The translations under genes were made by a program, and so were the position numbers. A stretch of DNA of 32,287 bases, from assembly GCF_001194135.2 (NCBI RefSeq), contig NC_068982.1:74761374-74793660 (forward strand). Direction: 5' to 3'. The notes beneath the pieces were generated by a model. That model was not told the origin of the DNA and did no database searches. It worked only from the letters and a program-made list of their open reading frames with translations. The stretch comes from Octopus bimaculoides. Lineage: Eukaryota. Positions 10,862 to 22,923 of the stretch are shown here, piece by piece. Each line of letters starts with the position of its first letter. The first letter of the stretch is position 1.

Positions 10862-11709
10862 NNNNNNNNNNNNNNNNNNNNNNNNNNNNNNNNNNNNNNN
10901 NNNNNNNNNNNNNNNNNNNNNNNNNNNNNNNNNNNNNNNNNNNNNNNNNNNNNNNNNNNNNNNNNNNNNNNNNNNNNNNNNNNNNNNNNNNNNNNNNNNN
11001 NNNNNNNNNNNNNNNNNNNNNNNNNNNNNNNNNNNNNNNNNNNNNNNNNNNNNNNNNNNNNNNNNNNNNNNNNNNNNNNNNNNNNNNNNNNNNNNNNNNN
11101 NNNNNNNNNNNNNNNNNNNNNNNNNNNNNNNNNNNNNNNNNNNNNNNNNNNNNNNNNNNNNNNNNNNNNNNNNNNNNNNNNNNNNNNNNNNNNNNNNNNN
11201 NNNNNNNNNNNNNNNNNNNNNNNNNNNNNNNNNNNNNNNNNNNNNNNNNNNNNNNNNNNNNNNNNNNNNNNNNNNNNNNNNNNNNNNNNNNNNNNNNNNN
11301 NNNNNNNNNNNNNNNNNNNNNNNNNNNNNNNNNNNNNNNNNNNNNNNNNNNNNNNNNNNNNNNNNNNNNNNNNNNNNNNNNNNNNNNNNNNNNNNNNNNN
11401 NNNNNNNNNNNNNNNNNNNNNNNNNNNNNNNNNNNNNNNNNNNNNNNNNNNNNNNNNNNNNNNNNNNNNNNNNNNNNNNNNNNNNNNNNNNNNNNNNNNN
11501 NNNNNNNNNNNNNNNNNNNNNNNNNNNNNNNNNNNNNNNNNNNNNNNNNNNNNNNNNNNNNNNNNNNNNNNNNNNNNNNNNNNNNNNNNNNNNNNNNNNN
11601 NNNNNNNNNNNNNNNNNNNNNNNNNNNNNNNNNNNNNNNNNNNNNNNNNNNNNNNNNNNNNNNNNNNNNNNNNNNNNNNNNNNNNNNNNNNNNNNNNNNN
11701 NNNNNNNNN
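10862..11709. other. Assembly gap (N run)
   Basis: Run of N. Confidence 1.
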
Positions 11710-11965
11710 ATACATATCTTTACCGTTCTCCTTACAGATTGTATCCATAAAGTTCGTGTTAGCTGGTCTCTTTTGTTGCATGAAAATCTTAGCTTTACCA
11801 GGCCGTGACTTAAATATTTACTAACATAACCAATTGCGTCAGTGATTACTTGTATAGACATAAATTTATAATTAGCATTGAGGAGATGCAGATTTTGAAG
11901 CATTTGTCTGTAAATATTCTCCTTCTCACTGTAATATTCTCCCACATCTACAGGGTAATTATCCT
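11710..11965 (-). mobile_element. Second R4/Dong-like fragment (extreme ORF C-terminus)
   Basis: SEKENIYRQMLQNLHLLNANYKFMSIQVITDAIGYV...LWIQSVRRTVKIC parallels the C-terminus of 8660-9360. Confidence 0.8.
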
Positions 11966-12050
11966 CCTTGATTTAACATGACTTTTTTTTCCTGTCCCAG
12001 ATAACTATGTCTGGTCTGTTATGTTTGCACTTGGTAGAAATTTAAATGGG

Positions 12051-12051
12051 T

Positions 12052-12126
<75 letters not shown>
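12051..12126. repeat. (CAG)n-(TAG)n compound trinucleotide repeat
   Basis: CAG run switching to a TAG run in the same register. Confidence 0.95.
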
Positions 12127-12379
12127 CTGGGAACATGTGCAGTAACAGTGCATCACTGCATCCACAATTTGTTGGTGATTCCCTACTCCTGATAAATGGC
12201 ACCTTTACATCACAGGCAACAATCCTGCAACCTATAGCTCTGTTTAGGTAGTCACTGCTGATGAGAGCTTTATGAGATCGGAGTGCAAATCCTAACTCAG
12301 CCTCTTTTAGTTGCCTTTTACGATATGCAGAAGAAATGTTAGGTCTACTCTTTGGCATGCTGGTCCTCACACAGCACTA

Positions 12380-12495
12380 GAGCAACGGGAAATGAAGCGT
12401 TTTGCTCAAGGGCACAACATGCCACCTGGCCCAGGAATCAAACTCATGATCTGGTGATCATATGTGCAACACCCTAATCACTAAGCCACATACTT
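12380..12495 (-). mobile_element. tRNA-derived SINE head (family D)
   Basis: Minus strand TGGCTTAGTGATTAGG (A box) ... GAGTTTGATTCC (B box) ... gtgcccttgagcaa. Confidence 0.75.
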
Positions 12496-12497
12496 TC

Positions 12498-12592
12498 ATG
12501 TGTGTATGTATGTGTAAATGTATGTATGTATATGTATGTATGTGTATATGTAAATATGAGTATATCTATGTATGTGTATATGTATGTATGTG

Positions 12593-12624
<32 letters not shown>

Positions 12625-12630
12625 TGTATT
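12498..12630. repeat. (ATGT)n/TG microsatellite
   Basis: Degenerate then pure ATGT run. Confidence 0.95.
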
Positions 12631-12689
12631 CCACAGTTGAGGTGTTGTTACATTTATTCCAAAGCAATCTTTTTGGTGGATGGCATTGT

Positions 12690-13085
12690 AATTTTAGCAA
12701 CATCATGAATGCAGAGGATTTGAGAAGGCTGGAAAGAAATTAAGTGAATATGCTCCACTTAATGTACAATGCAAGTGTGCCTGAATGACATAGTACGAAT
12801 ATGCTGAGAGAAAAACTGAGCATAAAAGGAATCAGATGTACCATGCAAGAAGGAAGACTGCATTGGTATGGACATGAGATGTATATGGATGAGGACAGCT
12901 GTATAAAGACATGCTGATCACTTAATGTGGATGGGGCTTGTGAAAGAGCGAGACCCAGGAAGACATGGGGCAAAGTGGTGAAGGCTGATCTCAGGATCCT
13001 TAATCTCAAGGAGAGGACAGGGGACCAGGATGACTGAGGATACATGCTTCTTGAGAAGGCACACCCAGATCGGTAAAACTAAGTT
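12690..13085 (+). mobile_element. RTE LINE ORF2 C-terminal remnant
   Basis: AEDLRRLERN..MLREKLSIKGIRCTMQEGRLHWYGH...DEDSCIK...RPRKTW.KVVKADL, a decayed homolog of 28015-28345. Confidence 0.85.
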
Positions 13086-13809
13086 CTAGTAGTACTGTAT
13101 GTGTATATATATGTGCAACAGGACCCTTCACCTAAATTCCTCTCCAAATCACCCCTAACACCCATCATCTCTCTAATTGCAGCTTTCTCTTGATACCACT
13201 AACTTTTCTCATTGCCCAGAACCATTTCACTTGATATCCATACTTCATTCTTATACTGCCCTCTCCATCCACATTTTACATTGATCATCCCACTCTGAGC
13301 CACCAAATTATGCCTCTTTCTCCCCCACCATATATCATACACTTTGTGCTCTCCCCACCTACTACATCTGTCTCTCTTCTCCCACCACTGTCTGGCAACT
13401 TCCTTAACCATACATCCATCATCTCTCCCTGTCTACTGTATCAACATTGCTATCCTACTGTTCTTTACCCACATACACCCTTCTTCTTTCAATCATTCAT
13501 TACATTCACCCTGCAACACTTGTTTTTCATTCATTAAATTTAACCCTTCATCCATTCCCATCTTTCGTTCTCCCATACACTTTGCAACCTCTACCCAGCC
13601 ATACTCCTGTTTCCTCTGTCCTCTCACTTTGTACCTTAAAAGTCTACCTAGATACCTCGTTACCACTATTTTTATCTCTTTCCAGCTGCTCCTGATCACT
13701 CCCACCCTTTCTTCTAAAATGTGAGTAGTCATCTATCTTCTCTACAGCAAGAAGCCTGTTCTGCTCTGGCCCTCTTTCTCATACTTTAACACTTCATCTT
13801 ACATAAAAC

Positions 13810-14020
13810 TGCCTCTCTCAAGGTCGATAGTCTTGTGAGCTACATGGTGATCTCACTATTGTTGGTGACACATGCAAAAAAAAAAGCACCACCCAGTTCA
13901 CACTGTAAAATGGTTGGCATTAGGAAGGGCCTACAGAAGCCATGCCAAAGTTGACAGTTAAGCACGATGTAGTCCTTGGATCCTGTGAAACCATCCGAAC
14001 CATGTCAGTATAGAGCATGT
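13810..14020 (+). mobile_element. RTE-type 3' tail copy
   Basis: gcacc..cagt.cac.ctgtaaa.tggttggcattaggaagggc...ccatgccaaa...aaccatcc.aaccatg, shared with 20880, 25815, 27096 and 28800. Confidence 0.75.
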
Positions 14021-14129
14021 TTGTGTGTATGTGTGTGTGTATGCACGTGTACATGTAGGTGAATATGTATGCATATATACACATACATACATACACAATC
14101 ACACACACACACATATATATTCTTTAATT

Positions 14130-14371
14130 TTTTTATTCTTTTATTTGTTTCAATCATTAGGCTGTGGCCATGCTGGGGCACCACCTTGAATTTTTAGTTA
14201 AATGAATCAATCCCAGTACTTATATTTTTTCAAGGCCTAATACTTATTCTATCAGTCTCTTTTGCTGAACCACTAAGTTACGGTGATGCGAACACAGCAG
14301 CACTGGTTGTCAAGCAGTGATGAGGGTACAAACACAGACACAAAAACACTCACACAGATATATAGACATTT

Positions 14372-14406
<35 letters not shown>

Positions 14407-14598
14407 NNNNNNNNNNCACACACATATATATATATATAAATACGACAGGTTTCTTTCAGTTTTCACCTACCAAATTTACTCACAAGGTTGTGTTTGGCCC
14501 ATGACTATAGTAGAAGACAATTGCCCAAGGTGCCATGCAGTGGGACTGAACCTGGAACCATGTGGCTGGTAAGCAAGCTTCTTACCACACAGTCACAC
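14130..14598 (-). mobile_element. tRNA SINE family A (CORE-like body, internal TA/CA microsatellite, 3' module)
   Basis: Minus strand gtggtaagaagcttgc...ggttcagtccc...gcaccttgggcaa...gaaactgaaagaa, then TA/CA tract (10-N gap at 14407-14416), then gatagaataagta and cagcatggcc.cagc...aaacaaataaaag. Confidence 0.85.
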
Positions 14599-15039
14599 AT
14601 ACACACACACACACACTTATTATACAAAAACTACCCCAGTACAGATAGTTTACCACTTAATGTCGCTTCATTATAACATCAATGTGAAATAATATAAAGC
14701 TAGAAAAATTGTAAAATCAAAAGTTCGCTAAGTGTGTATGTCTCAGACTGAATTTTTGTCAACTTCAATTTGTCTTTCTTTCTTTTGTAACTTGCATTTC
14801 TAATTCAGTAAAATATGAATAAATATATAAATAACATAACATAACATACAATGATGAACTATGATATTCGTCATACAATTTTTTGTCCTTTCACGAATGT
14901 CATCTAAGATACTATCTTTATATGTCTACCTATCTACTTCACAGACTTGTAAATTTTTTTAATGTACGACAATACTTTCAGATATAAAATAAACAGTGAA
15001 AGCTAAACCACAAATTTGTATTTAACAAATGCAAATTAA

Positions 15040-15258
15040 TTATATCCAATTTAGGCACAAGGCCAACAATTTGGAAGAGAGGGTCTAAGTTGATTAAATC
15101 AACTTCAGTACTTGACTGGTACTTTATTTTATCAACCTCACAGGGATGAAAGGTAAAGTTGACTTTGGCAGTAACTGAATTCAGAAAATAAAAGGAGTCA
15201 GAAGAAATTCCAAAATTTATTTTTGTCCAGTGTTCTGATAATTCTGCCAGCTCTACCA
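15040..15258 (-). mobile_element. SINE family B (Meta-like)
   Basis: Reverse complement of the ggcagaat...tttcatcc...gataaaataaagtacc...gttggccttgtgcc layout of 19468-19685. Confidence 0.8.
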
Positions 15259-16214
15259 TCTTAACAGGTACAAATTAATACTCTTCTGTACAGGAGCTGT
15301 GTCATCTCTCATCAATGTACTCAGTGCAAAATATTTTGTTTTGACTTCACATGGAAGCAGCTCCACCTACAATTTCATCTTTGACATGTTTCTTTCTGAG
15401 TCAAGCCACCACAATTTATTCAGTGCACTTTAGCCACACACAACAAATGAAGGACAGGAGACATCAAACCAGACACAGAAAAAACAGCAGCTGACCAGAG
15501 CTCTGTGACAACACAGAAACAATGGACAGATAGCAGCAGCAACCCAGAATAACTGGCTAACATTTTGATAGTTACTGCTACTACTCCAGTAACCTCTGAA
15601 CTATCTTACAGTTTTGCTGTTCATAGTAATGACATTTTTTTTGTTTACGGTAAGAATAAATATTTTTTTATCAAAAATCTCAGATTTCTGTGTTCTTTAT
15701 TGCAATAAATGTATAATTTTCGTTTGGTACAGTCATAAGTTTACACACAAATATATTTGAGAGATATAATAAATTGAATTGCTCTCTCAGCAATGATATA
15801 AAGGTACTTATTTAATGGAACCCATAAGCTTCTAAGAACACATCAGCATTAATTTAGAAAATGTAACTAAATACCATTTCTGTCTTTTACCATCTCTTAC
15901 ACAATTTAATGAAATTTAACATTAACATAAGGCCACAAAATTGGTGGTGGAGATAATTATGCTGTTGACCTTCACATGTAAATTTTTACTATTACACTTG
16001 TTCTCCCAAGCTGGGTGTAAAAATAAGCAATTGCTTGGACAAAAAAATCTTTCACAATCATAATTTCTATTTCCTGAAACACGAATACTAAAAATGAAAC
16101 GAACAACTACCCAATTGCTTGCCCCTTTCTCTTTTCCATGACGTAGTAATAGCTATTCCAAAAGTCCACCAACCAGAGTTTGGAAACAGAAGTAATAGTA
16201 GAATCTATCCTTTT

Positions 16215-16325
16215 GCATATTATTGATACTCACTTGATCCCAGGTAGATAAAAGGTAAAGTCTACCTCAACATCTGTTTGACCCAGAAGGCAAAGGGATT
16301 TACTTAAATGCTATAATTTCTGTCA
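16215..16325 (-). mobile_element. SINE family B partial, highly diverged
   Basis: ttgatcccaggtagataaaaggtaaagtctacctc resembles the reverse body of family B. Confidence 0.5.
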
Positions 16326-16331
16326 CAATGT

Positions 16332-16522
16332 GTCAGACACACTGCTTAGCCTCATTTCTTCTGGCTCTTTATGTTTTGAGTTCAAATTCCACCTAAATCT
16401 ATTTTGTTTTTCATCCTTTCAGTGTCGATGAAATAAAATACCAATCAAGTCAAGAGATCAATCATATTGACTAGTTCTTTCCCCTCTCAAATTGCTAGCC
16501 CTGTGTCAAAATTAGAAACTAT
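16332..16522 (+). mobile_element. SINE family B (Meta-like)
   Basis: tgcttag...ttttgagttcaaattcc...tttcatcctttcagtgtcgatgaaataaaatacc...attgctagccctgtgtcaaaa. Confidence 0.8.
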
Positions 16523-17225
16523 TGTTCTAGTCAGCTTTAACAAATGTTTCCTTTCATTTGTGTTGTTCATATTTGGAATACAGGTATTTCCAGAATGATC
16601 TTTTGTTACACAAATTTGGATTTGCTTTGTAATAAAGAAAATCTTCATAAGGCAAATTTTTGTTTTATTTCATTGTATTTACTAAGAAAAAAAATTCTTC
16701 TTTTTAGTTTTTGTTTGAGTTTATTCTTAATGGCGCTAAATAAGAGAGGCAGCGTCTCCTAATGCAAGAATAAACCTAATATTTCTGCCATTGCCAAACA
16801 AAATACTAATAGGCCTCAACTGCCGAAGTTCTACCTTGTCAAAAACAGAAAATTTTGCATTTTCAGACACAAAGAATTTTTTCGGACATTGTGCAACATT
16901 TCATAGCAACAACAATGATGCACAACCACAGAAATATCGCCATCAATACAAGGAGTTTGTTTTGCCCAGGCTGCCATCAATATTGAAATACTGGATATGA
17001 CAAAAGAAACCGCCAAAACTGAGCAATGGAAACATTGCTAAGTAATTTTTTTCTTTTTTCTTTTGCTTTTCCTTTTTTTTTCTTCCACATAACTTGACTT
17101 TGTAAACGAACAATCTGGTGCATTTATTTTAATAGCCTATCGATATATAGAGTGAGTTTCTTTGCCCTAGCTGCCAGGAAGACACCCAGAAAGAAATGGA
17201 ATCAAGACTGAAAGAAGAAAACCTT

Positions 17226-17237
17226 GTAATAATAATG

Positions 17238-17295
<58 letters not shown>

Positions 17296-17304
17296 TAATA
17301 ATAA
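17226..17304. repeat. (AAT)n trinucleotide repeat
   Basis: AAT run with two GAT interruptions. Confidence 0.95.
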
Positions 17305-17504
17305 TTACAATTTTAGTTATTTTGGTTCAAGTAAAGTCAATCCAAACAACCTCCAGTTCTCAGTTGATATCTATTTTATTGAGTTCTGTGAGGCAAAGGT
17401 GACCACAGGAGATTTGATATCAAAGAGCCAAAGCGTATATAACTAAATGCTTTTGTATATAAATATGTATATAAATATAAATTTATATGTGTGTNNNNNN
17501 NNNN

Positions 17505-17546
<42 letters not shown>

Positions 17547-17604
17547 GTATGCATGTATGTGTGTGCTTACATGCATGAGTACATATATGTGTATACCCAC
17601 ACAG

Positions 17605-17773
17605 AGGAAGAGGGACAACAAACAAAGAGAAGGAGACGGGCCAGCCATATTGGAAAAGAATTAATGAGTGATGTTGCATGTCTGGCATATTTACATGTAT
17701 TTTGGCAAGAAATGTTTGATGTAACAGAGGGAGAGGATCTGCTAAAAACACATCGCAGTTGTAACAGAATGAT
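17605..17773 (+). CDS. Candidate internal coding exon of an unidentified gene
   Basis: cacacag acceptor; single open + frame EEEGQQTKRRRRASHIGKELMSDVACLAYLHVFWQEMFDVTEGEDLLKTHRSCNRM; possible AT|GTATTT donor. No homolog recognised. Confidence 0.3.
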
Positions 17774-18394
17774 GTATTTTATTGTTCTGTTTTTTATTAA
17801 CTATTTTTTTTTGTTCTTGCCTGCAAATATGAAATAACAAATGTGAGCTAAAAATAGATCTAAGTTGAAAGAAAGAAATTAAACAAAGAATTTGCCAAAA
17901 TTTTAAAATGTTTCCTGTTCCCTCTATTGTTGTTGTTGTTGTTAATGTTATGTAGCCCAGGAGATTCTTGTTTGAGTAGACTTACAGAGCAAAGACTTGT
18001 CTGTCATGATCATCCTATCTTTATTCTGATATAATGTACTGAAGAGACAAGTTAAATACTTTTGCCACTATGGTTAAAGTTTTGCCAAATCTACCAATTG
18101 CAAACCAAAAGAAAAAAATACTTGAAACACAATATGGTGTATGTATAATAGAAGAATTAGCATATTGGAGGATGATTTTTTTGACCAGACTTAAGTTACA
18201 AAATAGTAACACAAAGGTTGACTAAAGAAAGACAAGCATGTAACCTTGCAATGAAATATTGGCTAAGCAAAGGACATAACTATAACAGGTATCTTTTCTT
18301 TTTATAATTGCGTCTACAAGAAAGAGGCATTGTCCATGATCTATGCAGACCCTCCTGGAATGGTCATTTAATGCCATTGATGTTCTGTTTAAAT

Positions 18395-18730
18395 CAGTGG
18401 TTCTCAGCTGGGATTCATATGGCCCCTGAGGGTCCATGTAAGATTTGGGGATTGGGTCTATGTAATAAAATAGTAAATTGGAGATCCACAATAGTATTTT
18501 AAGAGCCCCTGAAAAACTTCTTGCTTTAGATGTATGTATTGCAAGAAATAGCTAGGTTTGTTTCTCTAACATTTTACATAGTTCAACCTACACAAGTTAA
18601 TGTGTGAAAAAGAAAGGAGTTTTGAAAGAAGTTTCTATAAAACTAGTTTTTAAACATTGAATAGCTATGAAGGTCCACCAGAGTAAAATAATCAAAGAGG
18701 CCCATAAATAAAAATGGTTGAGAACCCCTG
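18395..18730. mobile_element. hAT (Charlie-like) MITE
   Basis: TIRs CAGTGGTTCTCAGC / rc CAGGGGTTCTCAAC; 8-bp flanks gtttaaat (18387-18394) and gttcaaac (18731-18738), 6/8 identical, consistent with a hAT TSD. Confidence 0.85.
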
Positions 18731-18744
18731 GTTCAAACTGTTGA

Positions 18745-19040
18745 AGGACAACACCTGTGACAAAGATGGGAGCAGGGAGAAAATCCCATGACTCAGAGGA
18801 GTGACCCAATTCAGCAGTTCAGGATGTCTTTGTGCATAGTAGTGGCAGCATACCAGATGTGGAGGCAGTACACCATTTCTGGTGTGTGTCTCTCCTGAAC
18901 TTTGTAGAGTACCAGTAGCTGTTGGGTGGGAGAAGTAGAATATTTTCTGGCCCTGAAAAGAATGGCCAGGCTTTGAGAAAGAGGTATTTCCAATGACTCT
19001 TGCAGGTCCTCTGAAACTTGTAAATTTAATGCCATTAATG
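18745..19040 (-). mobile_element. CR1/Zenon-like LINE fragment (post-RT domain)
   Basis: LAILFRARKYSTSPTQQLLVLYKVQ...MVYCLHIWYAA resembles LFRARxYFTxxQLLxLYKAQxRPxxEYCSHxW. Confidence 0.75.
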
Positions 19041-19467
19041 TTGTTTCAATTGTTGCAGGTTAATACCTGCAGGAAAACCATAAACAGAATAATCCAGATA
19101 GATGATGAATCAGAGAGGAAAGACTGGGGATAGTGATCAGTGCAGGACTATTATAGATGTGTTTTTGCTGTGGCCATGTTTCATCTAATCTTATCACAAA
19201 CGCGCGCGCGCGCACACACACACACACACACACTTTCTCTCATATATGTTCACATATGCACTCATGAATGTGTACACACACAATGAATTTAATAATTTGA
19301 TCTCAAGTAAATAAATCATTGTAGTTTGTAGGAGCAGTGGTGGATTGTTACTTGTTTCAGTTTTAAGTTTGAGTTGAGTGAAGGGGACTCCGAAATTTAC
19401 TTTTGTCTAACCACAAAGTCTTTCTTCTTGTCAAACTTGGTTGACATTAATATTTTTTTGTTTATTA

Positions 19468-19685
19468 GGGCTGTAAGCTGGCAGAATCATTAGTACACTG
19501 AGCAAAATGCTTAGTGGCATTTGTCTGTCTTTACATTCTGAATTCAAGTTCTGCTGCAGTCAGCTTTGCCTTTCATCCTTTTAGGGTCGATAAAATAAGT
19601 ACAAGTTGAGCACAGGGGTCAATGAAATCAACTTAATCCCTCTCCTGAACTTGCTGGCCTTGTGCCAAAATTGGAAACTAATATT
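19468..19685 (+). mobile_element. SINE family B (Meta-like), near full length
   Basis: gctggcagaatcattag (A-box-like), ttctgaattcaagttc (B-box-like), cagctttgcctttcatccttttagggtcgataaaataagtac (Meta-domain-like). Degenerate direct repeat taatattt..gtttatt.agg on both flanks. Confidence 0.85.
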
Positions 19686-20421
19686 TTGTGTTTATTTAGG
19701 TGGGCTTCAGGGTCTCAAAGAGAAATTTGGCTAGGTGGAGCAAAATTGCTTTGGGCACCCAGAGGGGGCATGGCCTCTCAAAATTCAATGGGCAGGTTTT
19801 AGAGACAATTTTTTTTTTGAAATCCAAATAATGTCCTCACCCATTCCTATCCTTATCCCATCCTCATCGTCCTCAAGAAAAGAGGAATAGTATGGAGAAG
19901 AGGAAGAACTGTTGGATTTTTAAAAAAACTGTTTGTCCAGAAATTGAACCCCACAAGTCCCCACCTGAATAGATTCAAACTACCAATGTTAACCTACTTT
20001 TACAATTCAACAAATAATGCAATCATGATTGCATATAGCATCGCTGTAGTTTATTTTCTTGCAAACTATCTACATTATTCCCACTAATTACACTCAGTAC
20101 AAGCCATAAACCTAATTTCTACATCAAGAATAAATCTGATTTAATTTCTCATATGATACAACACTATGAATTCATAGAATTTGCTAGAAATGGCAGCCAA
20201 ATTTCCCCAAATGACACAGCACTTTTTCTTACTTTTCTTTTTAAGTACACCTTCAAAAATGTAATCTTGAAAAAAGAGTTGGAATGGATTTGATTATAGA
20301 TCTGCTTGATCTGAGCTAACCTAGAGTTATATTCTGTGAGAAAACAGAAAAGCTGAATAGGTATTTTGTTAATCTGTTATTCAGTGATAATGACAGAAGA
20401 GTGGAATAAGTAATAAGTTAA

Positions 20422-20643
20422 TCCTTTTGTTATCATATTTCTATTGAAATACAATGCCTTCATTTCTGTTAATTTTGAAAATAATAAAGAATTCAGGAAT
20501 ATAACATTGTCAATATTAAGCTGGTGTTTGGAACATAAATTACCATGAAATTTTCATGGAATGGTTTAATTTAGATCACTTTAAACAGGAAGTTTGTATA
20601 ATAGAACCAGAGGGTGGTCTTCGGTTGGTTGGTATCAAAAGGG
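20422..20643. mobile_element. piggyBac-type MITE
   Basis: TTAA|tCCTTTTGTTATC ... GGTATCAAAAGGG|tgaa: inverted termini with CCC/GGG ends and TTAA-like TSD. Confidence 0.75.
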
Positions 20644-20702
20644 TGAACCTAATATATTCTGTAATGTTACTGAATAGCAGAACAAGTAGTATGTTAATCT
20701 AT

Positions 20703-20860
20703 AGGCACAGGTGGCATGGTAAAGAAGTTTTCTTCCCAATCACGTGATTTCGGGTTTAGTCATGTGACGCCTTGGATAAGTATCTTCTACAATATCCCTG
20801 GGCCAATCAAAACCTTGTGTTTGAATTTGATTGACAGAAACTGAAAGAAACTTGTCAATA
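20703..20860 (+). mobile_element. SINE family A 5' half
   Basis: ggtaaagaagttttcttcccaatcac...ccttggataagtatcttctacaata...gacagaaactgaaagaa. Confidence 0.8.
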
Positions 20861-20879
20861 CTATTTTCTCCTCAAATGA

Positions 20880-21085
20880 GGCGTCTTGCAAGTTATTTGG
20901 TGACCTTGTAGCTATTGGTGCTGTGTAAAAAGCACCCAGCACTCTCTGTAAAGTGTTTGCTATTAGGAAGGGCTTCTAGCCATAGAAACCATGCCAAAGC
21001 AGACGACAGAGCTTGATGCAGTCTTCTGACTAGCCAGTTCTTGTCTAACTGCCCAACCCATGGAAAACGGATATTAAATAAAAAC
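20880..21085 (+). mobile_element. RTE-type 3' tail copy
   Basis: aaaagcacccagcactctctgtaaagtg...ttaggaagggc...ccaacccatggaaaacggatattaaat. Confidence 0.75.
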
Positions 21086-21088
21086 ATA

Positions 21089-21126
<38 letters not shown>

Positions 21127-21554
21127 TCCATGTCTTGACATTGTATGAAAGTTGTAAATGAGTGTCACTGTCATACAAGTAAGGTCATCCATCATTATGA
21201 AATCCTATCTGATCATGGGCAAATAATAATTACTTTACTTGGAAACAGATGAGTGTTGGCAACTACAAGGGCATCCAGCCATACAAATATCATTAAACAT
21301 TAAAATGATGATGATGTCTCTTTCATAATATCATAGAATAATAGAATAACTAATATGTTAATCTGCTATTCTGTGATATCTACAGAGTATAGTCTTTACA
21401 TATGATCAAGCTGTAGTATTTGAAGGACGAAGACTGAGATAAAGAACCAAGGTCATCTAAGATGTTGCAGCGACTCAGGAGGCTTGTGTAATTTTAATTA
21501 TTAATTTATCTACAAATCATTTTGGCATTGAAAATAAAGTTTCTCTTCTCATAG

Positions 21555-21605
21555 GCTATTAAATGAAACCATTATTTGGTTACTGCTTGGTGGCCTTGTT
21601 CCAAT
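21555..21605 (+). CDS. Candidate 51-nt coding exon (hydrophobic, membrane protein-like)
   Basis: ttctcttctcatag acceptor and GTAAG donor; only one frame open: xLLNETIIWLLLGGLVP(M); phase 2-2. Confidence 0.5.
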
Positions 21606-21705
21606 GTAAGAAATTAATATTTTGGTACCTCTCTTAAAGTTTGGCACCTGAGCTAAGTGAGTTATTGGCCTCCTACTGGTCCTGCAAGTGGTAATTTTGT
21701 TTCAG

Positions 21706-21733
21706 GATGTTGTTGGAGATGGTGGAGGTGAAG
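21706..21733 (+). CDS. Candidate 28-nt micro-exon
   Basis: attttgtttcag acceptor and AAG|GTATCA donor; joins the previous exon in phase across a 100-nt GT-AG intron to give ...GGLVPMMLLEMVEVK. Confidence 0.4.
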
Positions 21734-21937
21734 GTATCAGATAGAAAAAAAAAAACAAAGCTTCTCTGTAAATATTCATCGTCTTGGCTAATAAATATTG
21801 ATCTCTATTGCTTTGTGTTTGCAAATAAAGAAGTGAGGAAATGGTGGGGTTGTATCACTGATATTGTTCCATCCTCAGTTTATCACAGTTATTTTTACAC
21901 CTTGAATATATGTTGAGGCATTCATTTGTTTGTTTAA

Positions 21938-22140
21938 CCCTTTTAGCATTCAGATTACTCTGTCTAATATAATGCTCATTTATTCACAGTTTAGAATTAC
22001 TCATGCATTATCTTTTTGCATTGAGATTTCAACGATGTGCTTGTTTACTTTTAGTACAGCATTGTAGGGTAGCATATGGCCAGTTTGAACTAGATATCGC
22101 TGGTTTGGGCTAGATATCGCCGGTTTAAATGCTGAAATGC
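21938..22140. mobile_element. piggyBac-type MITE (second family), right end decayed
   Basis: TTAA|CCCTTTTAGCATT left end; right end aatgctgaaatgctaa; body shared with 24500-24680. Confidence 0.7.
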
Positions 22141-22409
22141 TAACGTCCCTTTTCCATGCTGGCATTGGTTGGATACTAAGACATTGTTTTACAGCATGGC
22201 TATGTGGTTAAGAAGTTAGCTTAAAAAGTTAGCTCAACTATACCAGTTTTAGTCTGTTATTTAAAACTTGGGATTTATATTTACATCACTATTAAGAAAC
22301 ACGAACAGCCTTGTTTCAAACAGATATAATGACAGATGTAGACATACATACAAATGCCAACACACACGCACACACACGCGTGCGCACACACATACACAGA
22401 GGTAATATG

Positions 22410-22575
22410 GGCACATTCATGGCTGTGTGTTTTGGAAGTTCACTTCCAATCACAGGGTTTCAGGTTCAGTCCCTCTGTGTAGCACTTTCAGCATGTTTTT
22501 TCTTCTCTAGTCCCAAGCCAACCAAAGCTGTGTGAGTGGATTTGGTTGACAGAAACTGAAGGAAGCCTGTTGTAT
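22410..22575 (+). mobile_element. SINE family A 5' half
   Basis: catggctgtgtg...caggttcagtccc...accaaagctgtgtgagtggatttggttgacagaaactgaaggaagcc. Confidence 0.8.
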
Positions 22576-22923
22576 TTGTCTCCTTGTTTTAACATTGCAT
22601 AATAGTTCAAAATAAGTGTTATACAAGCAGTATCCATTGTTTGCAGTCATCTGTGGAAATATGTCAAGCCATGATGAAGTACTTGCTTGGAAATAGGTGA
22701 GGGTAGCACCAGAAAATGACCAGCCATAGAAAATCTGTCCCAATAAATTCCTTTTGGCTTATGCAAGCATGGAAAAGTGGAATTAAAATTATGATATGGA
22801 TATAATAACATATATTTTTTCTCATGGCCAGGCATGTTTTCACAGAAGATTGGAAGCAAAGGACACTATGACAATGACATTCATTTACAACCATCACATG
22901 ATATGAAGATAAAGAGATGGTAA

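Noticed and set aside
12256-12300. CTGATGA hammerhead core heptamer
   Set aside because: No following stem II, GAAA or matching stem I/III.
12005-12370. 121-aa minus-strand ORF ending in poly-Tyr/poly-Cys
   Set aside because: The tail is the CAG/TAG repeat read antisense; no recognisable domain or convincing splice sites.
13150-13760. Overlapping ORFs in a C/T-rich tract (also 30185-30790)
   Set aside because: Compositional bias suppresses stop codons; no domain signal.
16791-17041. Coding-looking stretch with ttttcag acceptor at 16866 and GTAAT at 17042
   Set aside because: Every frame from the acceptor hits a stop at or before the donor.
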